Positions 60,085 through 64,000 of a DNA stretch of 64,000 nucleotides are shown in pieces. The position numbers and the translations under genes were made by a program. Location: assembly GCA_937973635.1 (NCBI GenBank), contig CALJJZ010000035.1:10812-74811 (forward strand), given 5' to 3'. How positions within the stretch are numbered: position 1 is the first letter of the stretch; each line of letters opens with the position of its first letter. The notes beneath the pieces are model-generated. The model was not told the DNA's origin, searched no databases, and was given only the letters and a program-made list of their open reading frames with translations. Source of the DNA: an uncultured Bacillota bacterium. GTDB taxonomy: Bacteria > Bacillota > Dethiobacteria > DTU022 > UBA8154.

Positions 60085-61098
60085 TCAAGCTTCCACAAGC
60101 TGCTCAAGGCGGAGCCCTTTTCCCCAGAAGAGATAAAGACAGGCCTTGGTAACATCCGGGTCATAACAGCACCCTTTCTGCCGGTCGATCTCCCCCAGGG
60201 CCTCCTCCATACCCAAGGCAGGGCGGTAGGGGCGGTGCGAATTTATGGCCTCCACTACGTCCGCCACGCATAAGATCTTCGCCTCCAGGAGGATCTCGTG
60301 ATCTTTCAGGCCCGAAGGGTAGCCGCTGCCATCGATTTTTTCATGGTGCTGAGCAATGATGCGGGCAATGGGCCAGGGGAAATAAGTTTCGCCCAGGATC
60401 TCACTGCCGACCTGAGGGTGCATCTTCATCATGCTGAACTCTATCTCGCTGAGTTTGCCCGGCTTGGTCAGGATCTCCGCCGGAATAGCGATCTTGCCAA
60501 TATCGTGAATTAAAGAGGCCAGGCGCAGCCCTTCGATACGCTCTTTCTCCAGGCCCATCTCCCTAGCGATGCTCACGGCCAGAGCTGCTACTCGGCGCTG
60601 GTGCCCAGCCGTATAAGGGTCCCGCTTCTCGATCATCTTGCCCATACCCCGGATGATCCCTTCCCTGCTCTCCAGCAGCTGCAGCTCCGCTTTTTCCCTT
60701 TCCCTTTCCAGCTTCCTTAAATAGAGCAGCCGCCGTACACGGTGGCGGAGCTCTTCTTTGTTAATGGGCTTGGTCACAAAATCAGAAGCCCCGGCCTGAT
60801 ACGCCTGCTCCATGATCCCCCCTTCGTCTTTGGCCGTAACCATAAGCACGGGCACAAGTTTTCCCCCGGTTAGCTCTTTAATCTTCCGGCAGGCTTCCAG
60901 CCCATCCATAACAGGCATGACAATATCCAACAAAACCATGTCAGGCTGTTCCGTTAAAAACAAGTGCAGCACCTGCCTGCCGTTCTCCGCTTCCTTAACT
61001 TGCAGGCCCTCGCTGTTTAAAATATGGGCAATCATCCGTCTGGAAGCCTTATGGTCATCGGCCACGACGACCAGAGGTGCCGTCCGGGCAGAGAACAT
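60085..61098 (-). CDS. Response regulator with HD-GYP phosphodiesterase output (RpfG-like)
   Basis: REC domain (VVVADD...MVLLDIVMPVMDG) and HD-GYP domain (LIHDIGK, AQHHEKIDGSGYP). Confidence 0.8.
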   Translation of the reverse strand: MFSARTAPLVVVADDHKASRRMIAHILNSEGLQVKEAENGRQVLHLFLTEQPDMVLLDIVMPVMDGLEACRKIKELTGGKLVPVLMVTAKDEGGIMEQAYQAGASDFVTKPINKEELRHRVRRLLYLRKLEREREKAELQLLESREGIIRGMGKMIEKRDPYTAGHQRRVAALAVSIAREMGLEKERIEGLRLASLIHDIGKIAIPAEILTKPGKLSEIEFSMMKMHPQVGSEILGETYFPWPIARIIAQHHEKIDGSGYPSGLKDHEILLEAKILCVADVVEAINSHRPYRPALGMEEALGEIDRQKGCCYDPDVTKACLYLFWGKGLRLEQLVEA

Positions 61099-61115
61099 CG
61101 CTATCCCTACTTTCT

Positions 61116-61523
61116 TCAGACTTTACCTTCTTCACCTTGACCTTGGAAGGCCTTTAAGCTCTCCACCAGCGTAAGGACGTCGTCCCCAAAGTTTTCCCGG
61201 GAGACATAACCGTCAAAACAGGCTGTTCCTGCATTAGAATCAAAAAGCAGGGCTTTGAAGACAGTTAGGCCGATAATTTTTGTCCCCGCTGCCACTTTTT
61301 TCAGCCTTCTGCAGAGCTCAGGCGTATCCCCACCCGCAAAAACAGGGTTGAGGAAGATAATCTGGGGTTGTAATTGCCTGGTTATCCTCAGAGCCTGTTC
61401 TGCGTCGTCACTCAGCATCACTTCGTCCACCAGCTGCAGGGTAGATAAAAAGTGCCGAGCAACCTGGTTGAACGGGCCTTTCAGGTCGATGATCAGTATA
61501 TTCAAAGGAGCCATTTTTTTCAT
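61116..61523 (-). CDS. Pseudo-receiver domain protein (REC fold lacking the phosphoacceptor Asp and the conserved Lys)
   Basis: Beta1 is ILIIDLKG (single acidic residue). At the beta3 end, IIFLNPVF has Asn where Asp is expected. There is no K in the beta5 region. Confidence 0.5.
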   Translation of the reverse strand: MKKMAPLNILIIDLKGPFNQVARHFLSTLQLVDEVMLSDDAEQALRITRQLQPQIIFLNPVFAGGDTPELCRRLKKVAAGTKIIGLTVFKALLFDSNAGTACFDGYVSRENFGDDVLTLVESLKAFQGQGEEGKV

Positions 61524-61661
61524 CCTTTTTAAGAGGTGTAGCCAACACATAAGAGGCGCAGCCAGCACGCCCGGTTGCACCTCCTATTATACTTCGGCCC
61601 GGCCAGGGATCCATATCAGCAAGTTCCCTATTAAGGAGCGCAACATTTCCCATATCTCCAT

Positions 61662-61688
61662 AAAAAAAGCCCCATTTTAAAACAGGGC
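61662..61688 (-). terminator. Weak intrinsic terminator candidate downstream of the NarL-type regulator gene (short GC stem plus U7)
   Basis: On the minus strand: GCCC-tgttttaaaatg-GGGC followed by TTTTTTT (plus-strand A-run at 61662-61668). Confidence 0.3.
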
Positions 61689-61726
61689 ATAGAGCACAGA
61701 CCTTGAAGCAAAATTTAGAGGTTTCA

Positions 61727-62371
61727 TCAGGGTTCCAGCAGGCCGATCAACCTGGCAAACTGGCGGATATCTCCTTCCTGGCGCAGTTCCAGCTTTTCCA
61801 TGATGTTGCTCTTATGCCTGTCCACCGTTTTGGGGCTGATACAAAGCCTTCTGCCGATCTCCGAGCGGCTGCAGTTCCTGGCCCACAGGTTAAAGACTTC
61901 CTTTTCCCGGGAAGTCAGCTTGCTGTAACTGGCCATGGCGCCGCTACTTGGGCCTGCTTGCAAATAACCGGCCAGCACGGGCTGGAGCACCGCAGAGCTC
62001 AAATAGGGCCTGTCCTTTTTAACCGCCTCCAGGGCCAGCATAAGTTCATCATAGACCGCGTCTTTATGCACATATCCCATGGCGCCGGACTTTAAAGCCT
62101 GGTCCACATAGATACTATCCGCATAGCCAGAGAGGATCACCACCCTGGCAGAGGGGATATATTCCTTTATCTGTCTGGTCGCCTCCAGGCCGCTCACCCC
62201 CGGCAGGGAGATATCCATAATCACCACGTCAGGGGCCACTTTTGCGCTGAGGGCCACGGCCTCAAGGCCGTCGCCCGCCTCCCCCACCACCTCGATGGAC
62301 CCTTCTTTCTCCAGCAGTGCTCTTAGCCCCTGGCGGAAAAGGGCATGGTCATCAACCAGGAGAACACGCAT
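61727..62371 (-). CDS. NarL/FixJ-family response regulator (REC plus LuxR-type HTH)
   Basis: REC domain (LLVDDH...VVIMDISLPGVSG) and LuxR HTH (LTSREKEVFNLWARNCSRSEIGRRLCISPKTVDRHKSNIMEKL). Confidence 0.85.
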   Translation of the reverse strand: MRVLLVDDHALFRQGLRALLEKEGSIEVVGEAGDGLEAVALSAKVAPDVVIMDISLPGVSGLEATRQIKEYIPSARVVILSGYADSIYVDQALKSGAMGYVHKDAVYDELMLALEAVKKDRPYLSSAVLQPVLAGYLQAGPSSGAMASYSKLTSREKEVFNLWARNCSRSEIGRRLCISPKTVDRHKSNIMEKLELRQEGDIRQFARLIGLLEP

Positions 62372-62398
62372 ATTTTCACCTCTCGCTCAGTCAAGTTC

Positions 62399-63502
62399 TC
62401 AACACCGCTTAAAAGGTACAGACAATTTAATCGTCGTCCCTTTGCCCGGCATGGCACTGATCTCCATCTTGCCGCCTAAAAGGGAGACCCTTTCCCTCAT
62501 CCCCTGCAGGCCCAGGCGATCCGGAGCCGCAGCAGCCGCAGCCGGGTCAAAGCCGGCACCGTCATCGGCAACGACGATGGAAAGGTCGCCCGGGCTCCAG
62601 GCCAGCTCCACCGCAGCAGTCCTGGCTCCCGCATGTTTGGCGATATTGGTCAGAGCCTCCTGGATACAGCGGTAAAGGGCCGTCTCAATTTCAGGGGGTA
62701 GCTTAACCTCCTCGCCTTTAACCCGCAGATCCGCATCGATACCGGTGAGGCGGCCCAGTTCCTGCAGCATATTGCGCACAACCGCATGGAGCCCAAGGTC
62801 ATCCAGGGCAGGAGGCCGCATTGTCGCTGCTTTATGGCGGATGATGGCCAGGGAATTGTTCACCATCTCGATGCTGGAGGCAAGCCTCTGTTCCAGCTCC
62901 GGCCTTCCGGCAGAGAGCTCTTTTTTTAAGAGCTGTAGCTCTAGCTTGACGGTGGTGAGAGCCATACCTACTTCGTCGTGCAGCTCCCTGGCCAGGCGGA
63001 TACGTTCCTCTTCATAGGCATGGAGTATTTTTTGCGAAAGGGCCTGCATCTCCGCAAGGTTTTCTTGAAGCCGCAGCTCCGCCGCTCTGCGCTTGGCTTC
63101 CAACTCCCGCAGGTACAGCAGGCGGCGGACACGGTGACGCAGCTCCTCCCTGTTAATAGGCTTGGTCAGAAAATCCGCAGCACCAGCTTTAAACGCTCGT
63201 TCCGCCGCGTTGCCGTCGTCCTGCCCCGTAAAAACAAGGATGGGAACCTCACTACCCGCCGGCAGGGATTTAATCCGGGCACATGTCTCTATCCCGTCAA
63301 GGGCGGGCATCATAATATCCAGCAGGACCACATGGGGATAGTGCGTCACAAACATCTCCAGAGCCGTATGCCCGTCTGCCGCCTCCAGAAAGTCTATCCC
63401 GTCAGCTTTAAAGACACTGCGGATCAACCTCCTGGTGGCCCGGTGGTCGTCGGCAATCAAAATCAGCGGCCTGGCTGTTTGGCTCTTCTTCTTAGTGGCC
63501 AT
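62399..63502 (-). CDS. Cytoplasmic hybrid protein: N-terminal receiver plus HisKA_3/HATPase_c histidine kinase (NarX/DegS-type core)
   Basis: REC domain (LILIADD...VVLLDIMMPALDG), H-box LHDEVGMALTTVKLELQ, and C-terminal ATPase G-boxes (VADDGAGFD, GLQGMRERV). Confidence 0.8.
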   Translation of the reverse strand: MATKKKSQTARPLILIADDHRATRRLIRSVFKADGIDFLEAADGHTALEMFVTHYPHVVLLDIMMPALDGIETCARIKSLPAGSEVPILVFTGQDDGNAAERAFKAGAADFLTKPINREELRHRVRRLLYLRELEAKRRAAELRLQENLAEMQALSQKILHAYEEERIRLARELHDEVGMALTTVKLELQLLKKELSAGRPELEQRLASSIEMVNNSLAIIRHKAATMRPPALDDLGLHAVVRNMLQELGRLTGIDADLRVKGEEVKLPPEIETALYRCIQEALTNIAKHAGARTAAVELAWSPGDLSIVVADDGAGFDPAAAAAAPDRLGLQGMRERVSLLGGKMEISAMPGKGTTIKLSVPFKRC

Positions 63503-64000
63503 GACAAGGATCCTTCCCCTTACTGCCGTTTATCTTCTCCAGGATTTTAACGGCTTCGTAAAAATTTTTGCCGTAACAATCTCCCCCCACGTACGGTAGC
63601 AGCGCAGCATCCACATTGAAGATCCTGCCGCCCACAATGACAACACCTTTAAACTGCCGCACCGCCCTGACCTTTTCGATGGTCTCTCGGACAAATCTGA
63701 CATTAAAGGAAAGGGAGCAAGAGAGGCCTAAGGCCGTATAATCGCCCCTGCCCAAAGCCTCGGCAATAAAATGGGGAGGAATGTTTGAACCTAGATAGGT
63801 TACATCCCAGCCCTCCAGTTCCCAGATGTCAGAGAGCATCCTGGCCCCCAGCTCGTGCAGTTCGCTCCCCGGGCAGGCGACAAGCACTTTACCCCTCTCT
63901 TTCTCCCGGGATTCGATGCTTTGCAGCAACGTCGGGTAATGGCTAGAAATAATATTCTGAGTAATCGCCGTAGCCAGGTGCTCCTGGGCCACGCTGATCT
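63492..64000 (-). CDS. Cobalamin (B12)-binding domain protein; the 5' end may lie beyond the window
   Basis: Rossmann-like B12-binding core GKVLVACPGSELHELG (an xHxxG-type motif) preceded by a helical B12-binding_2-like segment. The frame is still open at 64000. Confidence 0.55.
   Translation of the reverse strand, partial: ISVAQEHLATAITQNIISSHYPTLLQSIESREKERGKVLVACPGSELHELGARMLSDIWELEGWDVTYLGSNIPPHFIAEALGRGDYTALGLSCSLSFNVRFVRETIEKVRAVRQFKGVVIVGGRIFNVDAALLPYVGGDCYGKNFYEAVKILEKINGSKGKDPCHGH

Overview
This is a high-GC chromosomal window, most likely from a Gram-positive anaerobe (Firmicutes/Peptococcaceae-like, judged from gene content). It is densely coding, mostly on the minus strand. No rRNA, tRNA or CRISPR array was seen in the window.

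(1) 1-8.0 kb holds a type I CRISPR-Cas effector module on the minus strand. In order it encodes a Cas6-like RAMP, a WYL-domain regulator, Cas3 (DEAH helicase with a C-terminal HD nuclease), a Cas8-like large subunit, Cas7, and a Cas5-family gene that runs off the left edge. The adaptation genes and the array must lie outside the window.

(2) 8-43.7 kb holds housekeeping and metabolic genes:
- lipoate ligase family, HD hydrolase, MFS transporter, ABC-2 exporter pair, SRAP/YedK, LiaF-like, YjbQ
- a four-subunit 2-oxoacid:ferredoxin oxidoreductase (delta-alpha-beta-gamma), cupin, FadB-like dehydrogenase/hydratase, thiolase
- ltaE, YcgR-like PilZ protein, asnB, a secreted LRR/Big_2 surface protein, amidohydrolase
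- murC, then a DnaA-box cluster, then tsaD-rimI-tsaB-tsaE
- PRC-barrel protein, hisC, Nudix, HD-GYP, polysaccharide deacetylase, REC-GGDEF
- a TreT-like glycosyltransferase interrupted by one in-frame amber codon, and treZ

(3) 43.7-64 kb is the most unusual part: a ~20 kb signalling supercluster encoded entirely on the minus strand. It combines a chemosensory core (CheA, CheY, CheR, CheD, CheB, one transmembrane MCP and one divergent soluble MCP-like protein) with partner-switching parts (three STAS proteins, a REC-PP2C phosphatase). It also carries a stand-alone Hpt protein, a cytoplasmic PbH1 beta-helix repeat protein, a multi-PAS hybrid histidine kinase with two receivers, a REC-HD-GYP, a pseudo-receiver, a REC-HisKA_3 kinase with a NarL-type regulator, and a B12-binding protein. 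There is no CheW and no RsbW-like kinase in the window. Several receiver domains are close paralogues fused to different outputs (PP2C, HD-GYP, HisKA_3, GGDEF).
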